Assembly: GCA_050177605.1 (NCBI GenBank)
Contig: JBFXGX010000019.1
Coordinates: 17,671 to 34,566 of the forward strand
Source of the DNA: Candidatus Izemoplasmatales bacterium
Lineage (GTDB): Bacteria; Bacillota_I; Bacilli_A; Izemoplasmatales; Hujiaoplasmataceae
Reading direction: 5' to 3'
Length of the DNA: 16,896 nt
Shown here: positions 16,503 to 16,896 of the stretch, in pieces
Numbering within the stretch: the stretch's first letter is position 1
Layout: each line of letters begins with the position of its first letter
Translations under genes and position numbers: made by a program
The notes under the pieces: model-generated
Told to the model about the DNA's origin: nothing
Seen by the model: the letters and a program-made list of their open reading frames with translations, nothing else
Databases searched by the model: none

Positions 16503-16896
16503 ATTCTTTATCTTGATGAACCACCAGTTGTGGGAATGGTATAGCAATATGATATTCATCAAATAAAAGTTTCATTTCTTTATTTAAATCCCTGACCGTT
16601 TGATAACGCGCCACTTCTTTTACTTTTGCTTGAACGCGGATCACAACACTAGAGTCATCGAGTTTTTCAATACCTTTATAAAATGGTCCCTCTTCAATAG
16701 ATGGAATATTCGCTTTGATTCTATCCAAATTCTTATGAATGATTTCTTCCACTTTTTTAATATCTTCACTATAAGATATACTAATATGACAAATAGCAGT
16801 CGATAATTGATTGCTCGTATTAATCGCACCACGAATATCTGAGTTATTTAATATTTTGATGTCGCCGTTAAGATCTTCAAACTTTGTTGTGCGAAT
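16501..16896 (-). CDS. mscS: Small-conductance mechanosensitive channel, C-terminal part (5' end outside the window)
   Basis: The frame is open from 16896: IRTTKFEDLNGDIKILNNSDIRGAIN...ISISYSEDIKKVEEI...GIEKLDDSSVVIRV...RDLNKEMKLLFDEYHIAIPFPQ. Confidence 0.88.
   Translation of the reverse strand: MRTTKFEDLNGDIKILNNSDIRGAINTSNQLSTAICHISISYSEDIKKVEEIIHKNLDRIKANIPSIEEGPFYKGIEKLDDSSVVIRVQAKVKEVARYQTVRDLNKEMKLLFDEYHIAIPFPQLVVHQDKE

Noticed and set aside
468..16832. Short ORFs nested in or antisense to real genes (468, 1360, 3402, 3841, 4516, 5437, 5508, 5696, 11951, 12965, 13508, 16600, 16641)
   Set aside because: They overlap well-supported genes and lack motifs; they are shadow ORFs.

Overview
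Low-GC bacterial chromosomal window read with genetic code 11 (TGA and TAG both act as real stops). The lipoproteins and gene content suggest a wall-less Acholeplasmatales/Izemoplasmatales-like or Firmicutes-type organism; this is an inference. Gene order: partial PlsC-like acyltransferase with a Zn-ribbon (+); a coupled aquaglyceroporin-arsC pair (-); a cyclophilin lipoprotein (+); H2O-forming NADH oxidase (-); a membrane sensor/PAS/GGDEF-like/HD-GYP protein (+); two tandem, extremely acidic paralogous lipoproteins (-), the upstream one broken by a single in-frame TAG; a four-gene operon of two flavoproteins, panE and a membrane protein (-); a two-gene nucleotidyltransferase + putative HTH islet next to tRNA-Val(GAC) (-); and the 3' part of an mscS gene (-). 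Most interesting: (1) the nucleotidyltransferase/HTH module, whose promoter contains a perfect inverted repeat (candidate toxin-antitoxin or defence system); (2) the lipoprotein pair with near-identical DNA ends, a divergent middle, a poly-Thr VNTR and an amber stop (candidate surface-variation locus); (3) the aquaglyceroporin with an altered selectivity filter coupled to arsC with no arsR or arsB/acr3 nearby.
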